This document shows, in pieces, positions 1 to 11,535 of a stretch of 64,000 nucleotides of DNA. The notes under the pieces were generated by a model. That model had not been told where the DNA came from. It did no database searches and was given only the letters and a program-made list of their open reading frames with translations. Both the position numbers and the translations under genes were made by a program. Every line of letters begins with the position of its first letter. The stretch's first letter is position 1. The stretch covers positions 124,001-188,000 of the forward strand of contig NC_087252.1 in the NCBI RefSeq assembly GCF_037042905.1, given 5' to 3'. This stretch comes from Lytechinus pictus. Taxonomy: Eukaryota.

Positions 1-223
1 AACGTTTTAATTTTGTTTTATCATCCCCGCAAATTTGACCCTAAACACGTAACTTTCCTAGCGAAATAGATACCCTTTTTCATTATTTTTGTGTTTTTGA
101 CACCCTTATCACGTTACGTACGTAACGTGCCCTATCTTGAAAAAGACATCCTTTTTACGTGTTTGTTTGGTCGCGCATGGTATCCACTCGTCAATGTAAG
201 TGGCCCCCCGGGATTGGTATGAG

Positions 224-406
224 CAGGGGCCGCGGAACGGTTTTCAAAGTGGGGGGGGGGGGACTGAGCCAAAAGTGGGGGGGGGGGGGCTGACAATGCA
301 AAAAATCACAACCGTATGGTCATTTTTACGTTTTTGTACATGGTTTTGGAAAAAAGTGGGGGGGGGGCTGAAGCCCCCCCAGCCCCCCCTGCTTCCGCGG
401 CCCCTG
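224..406 (+). mobile_element. MITE with CAGGGGCCGCGGAA TIRs and 5-bp TSD atgag
   Basis: TIRs and TSD read directly; second copy at 51285-51423. Confidence 0.85.
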
Positions 407-611
407 ATGAGTACTCTTTCAATTCTATATATATATAAGCAAACAGACCTAAAAAAAGGAACATGTAAAAAGACCCTTTTTAGGAAAAAGACGATAGGTA
501 TCTCAGTACGAGTGCGAAGCGCGAGCTTATTTTTGTTTAATAGGCCTATATTAAGATCTTAACAACGAATATTCTATGCACTTTTTGTTATAATTATCAT
601 GATGCATATTT

Positions 612-833
612 AAGTGGCCATAATCAAATAATGTACAAACTATTTTTTAAAGTTAATCATGATTTGGCAACCGCCTTGATGAAAATCTATAAACACTGAA
701 ATAGATTTTCATTAAGGCGGCTGCCAAATCATGATTGACTTCAGCGACATAAATTAAGCCTCACTTATAAGTTGTAGTAACCCTCTTCTGTGTATTCATA
801 TTCCGCAAATTTATTTGTACATTATGGCCACTT
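612..833. repeat. Hairpin/MITE-like inverted repeat
   Basis: Inner ~40-bp arms at 650-741; outer aagtggccataat / attatggccactt. Confidence 0.6.
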
Positions 834-1194
834 GTTTCTCTTGTACTTCAGATAGCTGAAGAAGGCCCATTTATGGCCGAAAGCTTGTGAGCGGAAGCGC
901 TTGTTCCGACTCTGGCACGCAAAACTCAATTCTGCTTTCAACAATGCAGGCTGATTTTCCATAATTTAGTTCCACCTCCCCAGGATGTTCACCCCCACCC
1001 CCCCCCCCCCTCTTACCACTTTATTTCCAGTCCACCTCGGATGTGCACCTCCTCATGCTCAAGCCAGCCTATATACGATTTCGTATAACTGTCATTTGGG
1101 TCTATTATGGCACGCTCATAGGGAAACAATTAAATATATGTTTCACTTGAAAAAAATATGTTTCTCTTCCACTAAACCATTTCACTCAAAGAAA

Positions 1195-1645
1195 TTTATA
1201 TTTCACTTATCAAAAAAATATGTTTCACTTTAAGAAAAAAAAATATATTTAACTTTTCAAAAAAATATATTTCACTTTTCAAAAAAAATATATTTCACTT
1301 TTCAAAAAAATATATTTCACTTTTCAAAAAAATATATTTCACTTTTCAAAAAAAATATATTTCACTTTTCAAAAAAATATATTTCACTTTTCAAAAAATA
1401 ATATATTTCACTTTTCAAAAAAATATATTTCACTTTTCAAAAAATATATATTTCACTTTTCAAAAAAATATATTTCACTTTTCAAAAAAAATATATTTCT
1501 CTTTTCAAAAAAATATATTTCACTTTTCCAAAAAAATATATTTCACTTTTGAAAAAAATATATTTCACTTTTCAAAAAAATATATTTCACTTTTCCAAAA
1601 AAATATATTTCACTTTTGAAAAAAATATATTTCACTTTTCAACAA
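1195..1645 (+). repeat. Subterminal tandem array of foldback left arm, ~22-24 bp unit aaaaaaatatatttcacttttc
   Basis: Directly visible; mirrored at 7805-8250. Confidence 0.95.
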
Positions 1646-2300
1646 TTTTTTTTTTAATTTTGAGAGAAAACAAATCCTTTCACTTTTGTTGGATAACACA
1701 TGCGGCTGCCGTATTCGACCGTACGTAGAATTCATCTATCTACCTACGTGATATATCTATCTATCTATCTATCTGTCTGTCTGTTTATCTATCTATCTCT
1801 CAAACTATTTATTTTTCTATCTATCTGTCTAATAATTATCTGATTAAATATGTCTGTCTATCTATCTACGAATCTATCTATCTGTCTGTCTGTCTCTTTA
1901 TCTATATATCTATCTAATATTTTTTAATATGTCTGTATATCTGTTTATTTATCAATCAATCAATCTATCTATCTATCTATCTTATGATTTATCTGTCTTT
2001 TTATCTATCTGCCTATTTATCTTTATCTATCTATCTTATGTCTATCTGTTCAAAATATGTATGTCTATCTGTATGTCTACCTTTCATCTTTCAATCTAAT
2101 ATCTATTGATCTGTTCAAATAATCATGTATGTTTATTTGACTGTTTATCTATTTAATATATATCTATTAAATATGTTTAATATGTTATTCTATCTGTCTA
2201 TCTATCAATAAATATATCGATCTATTTTCTCTCTATCTATACATCTATCCATCTATTTATCTATCTGTGTATGTACCTATGTATCTATCTGTCTCTGAAT

Positions 2301-4053
2301 CAGGGGCGGAAATCTCTCCCAAAAGGTAGGGGGGACACAGTGGCGGATCCAGCCTTCGCCAATAGGGGGGGGCGGAAATTTGTTTCAGCCATATTTTCCC
2401 CGATCGGCAGCTCGAAGAAGATTTTTGTTTGTTTCTTTGAAGGGGCAGTCCTCCTTAGTCACTTCTTAGCTTTATTCTTATAAATTAATATATAGTATCA
2501 TAATCCTTATTTATATGATGCGAGCGCGAAGCGCGAGCTAATTTTTTGGAAATTTTATGTATTTTTTCCTTAAATTTGAACATTCTGGGCAATGTTTGTT
2601 ATCCTGAAAAAGATGTGTATGCAACTTAATAATTACTACAAGCGCAAAGCGCGAGCAGAAATAAACTGATGGAAAAGATACCTGTTAAAGTAGCATTTAA
2701 CAATCAAATAATGCGAGCGAAGCGCGAGCTAATTTTTTTTTTGACATTTTCACCTAAAGAATTGAAACTCAAGCAGAATAGGTATATAAGTAAACAATTG
2801 ATGCGAGCGCGAAGCGCGAGCGTAAAATTTCGAGATTTAGTCCTATAATATTTACTGAACGAGACACTCTACTCATGTTTTGTAAATCATGAAAAGGATG
2901 AGTATTAATAATGCGAGCGCAAAGCGCGAGCAGAAAATTTTTATATACGTTTTGAACTGGTACCTGTTGAAAAGGTAACTGTTAAGGACTGCTTGCACTT
3001 AGCCATGAAGGCGTTACATATTTCAACAATCAATAAATGCGAGCACGAAGCGCAAGCTGAAAAAAAACGAGATTTAGACCTAAAAATGGGCCACTCCGTT
3101 CATGATGTACAAAAGGATGAGTAATATTGGGTCTTCCCACATTAATAATGCGAGCACAAAGCGCGAGCAGAAATATTTTGATATTGTGATCTGAAACTGG
3201 ATAATGATTTAAATAGAGAACAAGTTGAGTATCTGAATAAACATGCGCGCGCGTGTTTCATAAATTATTTAGACCTAGAATCTAAGCATTCTATATACAT
3301 GTACATCTTTAATCATGTAAATCATGAAACTTTGATACTCCGATCTGAAAAAAGAGTCAATTTCAGCTTTATATTTCAAGCACTTTGTAGAAAAATTGTA
3401 AGGCAAGCAGCAAATGTTAATATTCAGACCATAAAACTGACATTTTTACAGAGCACTTTTTAAAAATCAATTTGTAAATCACACAAAATAATGAAAGTTC
3501 GATTTCCAAGGTGAAATATGTTTTGTATATTGACTTCCAAACTTGACATTCGAGCTCCATATTGAACAAGATATGTAAATCACCTAACAGGCAATGCGAG
3601 CGCGAAGCGAGAGCTAAAATGTTATATATAGTGGCACGAAAGATTCTTTTTATTTTCCAAGTCTTCGCCTCATCTTGTTTTATGCACTCGTCGTCCTCTT
3701 CATTTTCTCCTCTCTTTTCCCTCTTTTATTCCTTCTTTCTTTCCGTTTTTTTTTCTTTTTTTTTGCTCCGCCAAGAGGGGGAGGGGGGGGGGCGGGCCCC
3801 TCGGCCCCCTGGTCCGCCTACGGGGACAAGGGGCGGGAACATTTGACAAGCAAAAAAAAAGGTTATCCCAAAAGTAAGGTCATCTTGTCCCAACTCGTCC
3901 CCAAATACATGTTTTATTTCGATTTAGAATGATGTATTTCTTACCATCATAAAAGACCAAAAATAGTAGGGGGGACATTTGATATTGTGTCCCCCCTACT
4001 ATTTTGAGTAGGGGGGACACGTCCCCCTGTCCCCCCTGGGATTTCCGCCCATG
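2301..4053. mobile_element. hAT-like non-autonomous element in foldback left arm
   Basis: TIRs caggggcggaaatc / gatttccgcccatg; 8-bp TSD ctctgaat (2293-2300, 4054-4061); empty site present in the right arm. Confidence 0.85.
2338..3822. mobile_element. Second hAT-like element nested inside 2301-4053, with repeated gcgagcgcgaagcgcgagc motifs
   Basis: Ends cagtggcggatcc / ggtccgcctacg; gggaca-type duplication on both sides. Confidence 0.7.
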
Positions 4054-5713
4054 CTCTGAATCTATGTTTAGATCAAATATATCATAATCACCGTTATCAT
4101 CATCATCATATTTGCCATCAATCATTATCAGCATGATCATCCTCCTCATCATCGTATATTTTTTCGTCAATCAATATCTATCTAATGTCTGTCTATCTAT
4201 CTAATACCTATTTATCTGTTATATATATATATATCTATCTATCAATATATATCTATCTTCTATTAATCTATCCACCTATCATTTATCCCTCCATCCATCC
4301 ATCTATTTATCTATCTTTCTTATATGTATCTGTTTAAATATGTATGTCTATCTGTCTGTCTATTTATCTTTCATACTTATATCCACTCATTTGTTTAAAT
4401 AATTATGTCTGTTTATCTATTTATCTACGACAGGCCACCTAATTCGTCCGCACGACGAATTAAAATCTAGTTTCACTTGTTACATTTTAAATCTGAGAGA
4501 AAACAAATCCTTTCACTTTTGTTGGATAACACATACGACGGCTGCCGTATTAGACCGTACGTAAAGTTCATTCCTCACGTAAAATCCATTCCTCTCGAAA
4601 AACATTTTACTCTTGTTGCAAAATTCATTTCACTCAATTGCAAAAAATACGTTCCTCTTTTTTCTCGGCCTGTAGGCGGCGCGCTTCATTGTTGGCGGGA
4701 AATAGAGATGGTTGCAAAATTTTCGCTGTGCTGAGGGGAGAAATCATGAAAGCGGTTGCAACTCACAAAATGACAAGGATATGGGGATATCAGCGAACGC
4801 AATTACGTCACTTTCCCACGTGCACGAGAATGCACCACGAGGTGGGCCCATGAACACAAAACGTGAAGTTTGATTTTATCACTGATTATGCACAATAGCC
4901 AGTGCAATCAGCCGTTGCATTCTGCCCTACGATCAATCACTAACCTTATCACGGTCTGGCTATACGTTTTGTAGGCATGGGGCATGAATACTTTATACAT
5001 ACACTATCTATAGAGCTGAATGGTCAAGGTAAGTGTTGAAATTTCCCTTTTCTCCATTCCGTCTGTCTTTTACTTCATTGACATACGATGATCGTAATGA
5101 TTGATTAAATGAAGCTTACAAAGAGCTACAATTCACTGGTCAACTCGCTTGTACCTGCACTGCAAAACCAAATTCTCTCCAGTTTGTCCGAGACATGAAT
5201 GGGGGGTTTTCCAATGCTACTCTCAGAACGGGCAGTACTTCACCGTCTTTTGAACAGACATGAAAAATGAGTATACGGGACTGAAGTTAAGTGATGACGT
5301 CATCGCTCAACCCTAAAAAGTTGGTGTTAGCCGAGAATGTCCACCGAAAGCGATGACGTCTTCACCCATTCAGTCATGTATGTTTACCGCCTATGTCTGG
5401 TTTGAAGAAGCACTGCCCGTGACAAAATGGTGAGAATTTGGTTTTGCAACGGAAGTACAAGCGAGTTGACCAGTGAAATGTAGCCTTTTGTAAGCTTCAT
5501 TTCATCAATCATCGCGATTATCGTATGTCAATGAAGTAAAAGACAGACGGAATGGAGAAAAGGGAAATTTCAACACCTTGTCCATTTAGCTCCGGAGATA
5601 GTGTAGTGCCATGCGTGGAGCTATTCATGCTTCATATCATGCCTACAAAACGTTAGTGATTGATCGTAGGGCAGAATGCAACAGCTGATTGCACTGGCTA
5701 TTGTGCATAATCA

Positions 5714-5876
5714 TACCTTGGTCACATTTGCTCTACGGCGGCCGTACGGCGAGTCGAAAACAGTCGTTTTATTCATTTTCATCCAAAGCACCTATATGTA
5801 GCTGGTACAATTTTTTTTTTAAACGGCTGGTTTCGACTCGCCGTACGGCCGCCGTAGAACAAATGTGACCAAGGTA
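5714..5876. mobile_element. PIF/Harbinger-like MITE in foldback right arm
   Basis: Long TIRs taccttggtcacatttg...gtacggcgagtcgaaa; 3-bp TSD tca; absent from the mirror site near 4885. Confidence 0.85.
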
Positions 5877-7292
5877 TCAGCAATAAAATCAAACTTTATG
5901 TTTTGTGTTCATGGGCCCACCTCGCGGTGTATTCTCAGGCACGCGTGGGAAAGTGTCGTAATTGGGTTCGCTGGTATCCCCATATCCTTGTCACTTTGTG
6001 TGTTGCAACCGGATTCATGATTTCTCCCCTCAGCACAGCGAAAATTTTGCAATCATCTCTGTTACCTCGTCCTGCCAACAATGATGTGCGCCGCCTACAG
6101 GCCGAAAAAAAAGAGGAACGTATTTTTTTGCAATTGAGTGAAATGAATTTTGCAACAAGAGTGAAATGTTTTACGTAGCGAGAGGAATGGATTTTTACGT
6201 GAGGAATGAATTTTACGTACAGTCTAATACGGCAGCCGCCGTCGTATGTGTTATCCAACAAAAGTGAAAGGATTTGTTTTCTCTCAGATTTAAAATGTAA
6301 CAAGTGAAAAAGAAACTAGATTTTAATTCGTCGTGCGGACGAATTAGGTGGTCGGTCGTAGATAAACAGACATAATTATTTATACAAATGAGTGGATATA
6401 AGTATGAAAGATAAATAGACAGACAGATAGACATACATATTTAAACAGATACGTATAAGAAAGATAGATAAATAGATAGATAGATCGATGGTTGGAGAGA
6501 TAAATGATAGGTGGATTGATCAATAGAAGATAGATATATATTAATAAAAGGGATTAATATATAGATAGATATAAACAGATAAATAGGTATTAGATAGATA
6601 GACAAATAGACATTAGATAGATATTGATTGATGATGATAAAAAAATACGATGAGGAGGATGATGCTGATGATTGATGGCAAATATGATGATGCTGATAAC
6701 GGTGATTATGATATTATATTTGATATACACATAGATTCAGAGACAGATAGATACATATATACATACGCAGATAGATAAACAGATGGATAGATATATAGAT
6801 AGAGAGAAAATAGATAAAAGCTAAGAAGTGACTAAGGAGGACTGCCCCTTCAAAGAAACAAACAAAAATCTTCTTCGAGCTGCCGATCGGGGAAAATATG
6901 GCTGAAACAAATTTCCGCCCCCCCCCCCCTATTGGCGAAGGCTGGATCCGCCCCTGTGTCCCCCTACCTTTTGGGAGAGATTTCCGCCCATTCAGAGACA
7001 GATAGATACATACGTACATACACAGATAGATAAATAGATGGATAGATGTATAGATAGAGAGAAAATAGATCGATATATTTATTGATAGATAGACAGATAT
7101 AGAATAACATATTTAACAGATTTAGTAGATAGATATTAAATAGATAAACAGACAAATAAACATACATGATTATTTGCACAGATCAATAGACATTAGATTG
7201 AAAGATAAAAGGTAGACATACAGATAGACATACATATTTTGAACAGATAGACTTAAGATAGATAGATAGATAGATATATAGATAGATAGCTG

Positions 7293-7340
<48 letters not shown>

Positions 7341-7804
7341 TATAGATAGATAGATATATAGATAAAGATAAATAGGCAGATAGATAGAAATTAAGACAGA
7401 TATACAGACATTTAAACAGCCGGATAAATCATTATATAGATAGATAGATTGAATGATAAATAAACAGATATAGACATATTAAAATAAATAAATAGATATT
7501 AGATAGATAGATAGATAGATAAAGAGACAGACAGATAGATAGATAGACAGACATATTTAAACAGATAATTGTTAGATAGATAGAAAAATAAATAGTTCGA
7601 GAGATAGATAGATAAATAGACAGACAGATAGATGGATAGATAGATAGATTTAAACAGATAGATATATATTAGGCAGAGAGATAGATAGATATTTCATGTA
7701 GGTAGATAGATAGATAGATGAATTTTACGTACGGTCTAATACGGCAGCCGCATGTGATATCCAACAAAAGTGAAAGGATTTGTTTTCTTTCAAAATTAAA
7801 ATGT

Positions 7805-8250
7805 AACAAGTGAAATTATTCTTTTCAAAAGTGAAACATATTTTTTTTTGAAAAGTGAAATATATTATTTTTTGAAAAGTGAAATATATTTTTTTGAAAA
7901 GTGAAATATATTTTTTTGAAAAGTGAAATATATTTTTTTGAAAAGTGAAATATATTTTTTTTGAAAAGTGAAATATATTTTTTTGAAAAGTGAAATATAT
8001 TTTTTTTGAAAAGTGAAATATATTTTTTGGAAAAGTGAAATATATTTTTTTTTGAAAAGTGAAATATATTTTTTTGAAAAGTGAAATATATTTTTATGAA
8101 AAGTGAAATATATTTTTTTTGAAAAGTGAAATATATTTTTTTGAAAAGTGAAATATATTTTTTTTATAAAAGTGAAATATATTTTTTTGAAAAGTGAAAT
8201 ATATTTTTTTTATAAAAGTGAAATATATTTTTTTGAAAAGTGAAATATAA
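7805..8250 (-). repeat. Subterminal tandem array of foldback right arm (gaaaagtgaaatatattttttt)
   Basis: Reverse complement of the 1195-1645 array. Confidence 0.95.
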
Positions 8251-8676
8251 ATTTCTTTGAGTGAAATGGTTTAGTAGAAGAGAAACATATTTTTTTCAAG
8301 TGAAATATATATATAATTGTTTCCCTATGGGCGTGCCATAGTCTATGCACGCAGACTAGGTAGGTCTGGCCTAGAATGTGAAGATTTATGACCATTTAGA
8401 GCCGGGATTTAGAGCTTACTTTGCTTGTGGAGCTGCCGTCCGATGGGGACCACACCCTGGTGGTGTGCCACGCGATCTGTCTTTTGATTGACACTGTTCG
8501 TGTCGTCACCACGAAAGCAAGAGACCCCCAAAACAGTCATTGAGATGGTTTTATCTCTCGATCCCATGCCCCCAATACTTCAAAGATGCACGTCGTCGTT
8601 ATAGTTTTCACGCATATTAGCCCTATAGTTTTCACGCATATTAGCCCTAATCAAATCACCTTCCTTATTGGCTTCA

Positions 8677-9260
8677 ATGGAGATGGTCCGGGCTGAAAGT
8701 GTTTATAGCTTAATAAATAGAGTAGAATTCACTGAGCAAAATGCCGAAAATTTCATCAAAAACGGATAACAGATAACAAAGTTATTGAATTTTAAAGTTA
8801 AGCAATATTTTGTGAAAACAGTCGTCATGAATATTCATTAGGTGGGCTGATGATGTCACATCCCCACTTGTTCTTTTGTATTTTATTATATGAAATTTGG
8901 TTTATTAAATTTTTTTCCTCCAAGAACTAGAAAATTTGGATTGACAACTGATTTAGTGCATTAGATATTTATTGCTGCAACTTATTTAATTATAAGGGAG
9001 ACATATTATTCACACCAGCATGAAATAAAGAAAAAAATATGATTTTATGTAATAACATAAGAAAACGGAAAGTGGAGATGTGACATCATCAGCCCACCTA
9101 ATGAATATTCATGACGACTGTTTTCATAAAATATTGCTAAACTTTAAACTTCACTAACTTTATCATTTGTTATCCGATTTTGATGAAATTTTCAGCATTT
9201 TGTTCAGTGAATCCTACTCTATGTATTAAGATATAAATATTTTCAGCCAGGACCATCCCT
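8677..9260. mobile_element. Palindromic Kolobok-like MITE
   Basis: gatggtccgggctgaaa / tttcagccaggaccatccct-ttaa; long internal inverted symmetry; left TTAA degenerate. Confidence 0.7.
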
Positions 9261-11316
9261 TTAAATCTGTTTAGATCGAATAATGTGATGAAAGCGGCCC
9301 TTTTCTGGCCTATCTCTAGAAAACCTATCAGTATTTTCGCAAGGTCGATCGTTGCAGGTAAAATTCTCGGGAAAAGGATGGAAGCAAATTACATGCTTTC
9401 GAGTTGTTTTAAAGTTTTTTTAGTTTAAAATTTGAAGTGACTCTCTTGGAAGTGGGTGTATCGGTTGTGTAGTCCCCCTACGACAACAAATCACGAGTGC
9501 GTGCGAACGACGCCAATCAATATGAATAAACATTAGCTAATTTGCATATGACTGATATCCACGCTCTGCAGAGCCAGTGCGTTGTACTCTTGTGTACTCA
9601 GTGACACGCTTATTGATCAGAAATGTTACCAAAACTTCTATAATATGTATTTAATTTTTAGTAAATATAGATTAATTTTTTCATATTAATGTATGTACAC
9701 CTATAGCATGCAGCATAGAATTCTAATTTGCACGAGTTATTTAAAAAATATGATATAGTAAAGTAGATTACGACGTGCGGTCACTGGTAAATAGTGCTTT
9801 AAAAAATTATATACATACTGATTTTGAACCCTCATGTATATCTTTGCGCAGAGGCAGTATCGTAGCCAATGAGGTTTATCCGAGGCGCGATTATTGCTAG
9901 TTGAAAACTTATCCCAATACCCCGCTCTGACGACGTGAAATACCGTCGGCTGTAGCAATTTTTCCAGATCTCCCAGGAGATCTCATAATCTAAATGAAAA
10001 GAAAGAATCATAAATAGAACACAACCTCCATAAATATATGGAGCATGGGCATGATGCCCTTTTATCTATGATAGATAAAAACAAAAGTTCCTTCTACCAT
10101 AATTCCTTATTTTTGTTTAGCTCTTAACTTCGATTTATTCACTGAATCAGAAATATCTAACCTACCGTTTTTGTTTGTTTAAATTCATTTATATTTCCTA
10201 TTGGATGTCTTCTTTCTCAGTTTAGACCATATTCAGTCATTCATTTATTAACAGACTCATTCATTATCATTTGTGTTTCAGATATTAGCCTTTTTTAAAA
10301 GGCCATTCTTCAGAAAATTAAATTTTCAAATTAATAGGCTTATTTCTTTCTCTAAAATAAGCCACAGTCAACACATTATGATGCCGATCACGTACATTAC
10401 ATAAATAAATATAGGCCTATTCACCATTTTTTTTTCAGCTAAACGATATTGAATTATTTCATTGATTGTTTTATTTAGTCAATTTCGTATCCGTTTTTAA
10501 TTTTATGTTTAATTTATTTATATTACAAAGGTAAAGGTCATGCATTATAGACGGTAGACTGAAACAAATATAAGTAGGCCTAAACTTTGAAAAATAAAAT
10601 GTGGTCTCACGCGGGTGAAGACTGAGCGTAGTTATCTAAAATGAATTAGGTATATAAAAACTATATAGGACTATACTGTGTCATGGCCTCGATCAAGGGG
10701 AGGCGGGGGCTTGGAAATTTATAGGCCTTAGTCAGCAAAATTGTTACTTAATTAGGGCCTATATACGTTAATGAGAAACAGAACTTATTTTAGAAGCAAT
10801 AGGAAAATCTCGAAAACCAAATCATTATGTCCTACAGAAACTGGTAGGACAGAAACTGGTAGGCCTACTCTTGAGGCCACAACAACAAAATAATTATAAT
10901 AATGATAATAATAATAAAAAATAATAATATAATAATATTGATAATAATAATAAAATAATAACACGAGGCGCGCACCTATAATTGAACCGTTATTCAGCAG
11001 GACTATAAATAATACTCTACATGTATGGTTATTGGCACACATTGGAGTATTTCCTTGAAAAACTAATATTTTGAAACATGATATGCCCCCAAAAGCAACT
11101 CCGCCTCATTATACATTAGGGGCGCCTGGGGCTCTAAAAAACGTGCAAAACTCTTTGGCCTTTTAGTGATCCACCAAGTCACTCATCAATCACATAAATA
11201 TTTAATAATCAGATATGCTCATAGAGATTGATTACGTATACTTGCAGTGTAGAGTGGATTAAACAAAAAACAGAATGATGAAATTTATGAGGAAGTCATG
11301 ATTTATTTATTAGGTG

Positions 11317-11377
11317 ATTGGGTTTGCGATGACGTGGATTTAGTAGCCCTTTTTACGTCCAATCGCAAACCGCCACT
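11317..11377 (+). promoter_or_regulatory. ER-stress promoter module of HYOU1: ATTGG, UPRE and ERSE-like element
   Basis: ATTGG 11317-11321; TGACGTGG 11330-11337; CCAAT-N9-CCACT 11359-11377 (ERSE consensus is CCAAT-N9-CCACG). Confidence 0.7.
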
Positions 11378-11429
11378 TTGCAATACGTAGAGGTCACTCA
11401 ATGACCTTTTTGTACACGTTCATCTAACA

Positions 11430-11535
11430 TGTGTTAGAGAAGAGAGCAAAAGAGAGGCACCGGCAATTCGGGAATAGACAACTTTGATGCGATTAGATCA
11501 TTTGAATTTACTTGAATCAAGGAATAAATTTCAGG
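11430..11535 (+). other. HYOU1: Probable non-coding first exon of HYOU1 (5' end approximate)
   Basis: Strong donor cagg|gtaagt at 11536, about 160 bp after the ERSE. The first coding exon opens with an acceptor 4 nt before the ATG, so an upstream exon is required. Confidence 0.5.

Larger units (their letters stand above)
1106..8340. mobile_element. Giant non-coding foldback (palindromic) DNA element with 6-bp TSD
   Basis: Starts tatggcacgctcatagggaaacaatt and ends aattgtttccctatgggcgtgccata. gtctat flanks both ends (1100-1105, 8341-8346). The arms mirror each other down to a ~40-nt spacer at 5308-5348. Confidence 0.9.

Noticed and set aside
4477..6303. Mirror-image ORF pairs (MLHFKSERKQ...) in the foldback arms
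   Set aside because: They result from the palindrome; frames differ between arms and there is no transposase or other recognisable motif.
1106..8340. Assembly artefact (chimeric fold-back read) as the explanation for the palindrome
   Set aside because: The arms differ by substitutions and by arm-specific insertions with their own TSDs, and the whole element is flanked by a target duplication.
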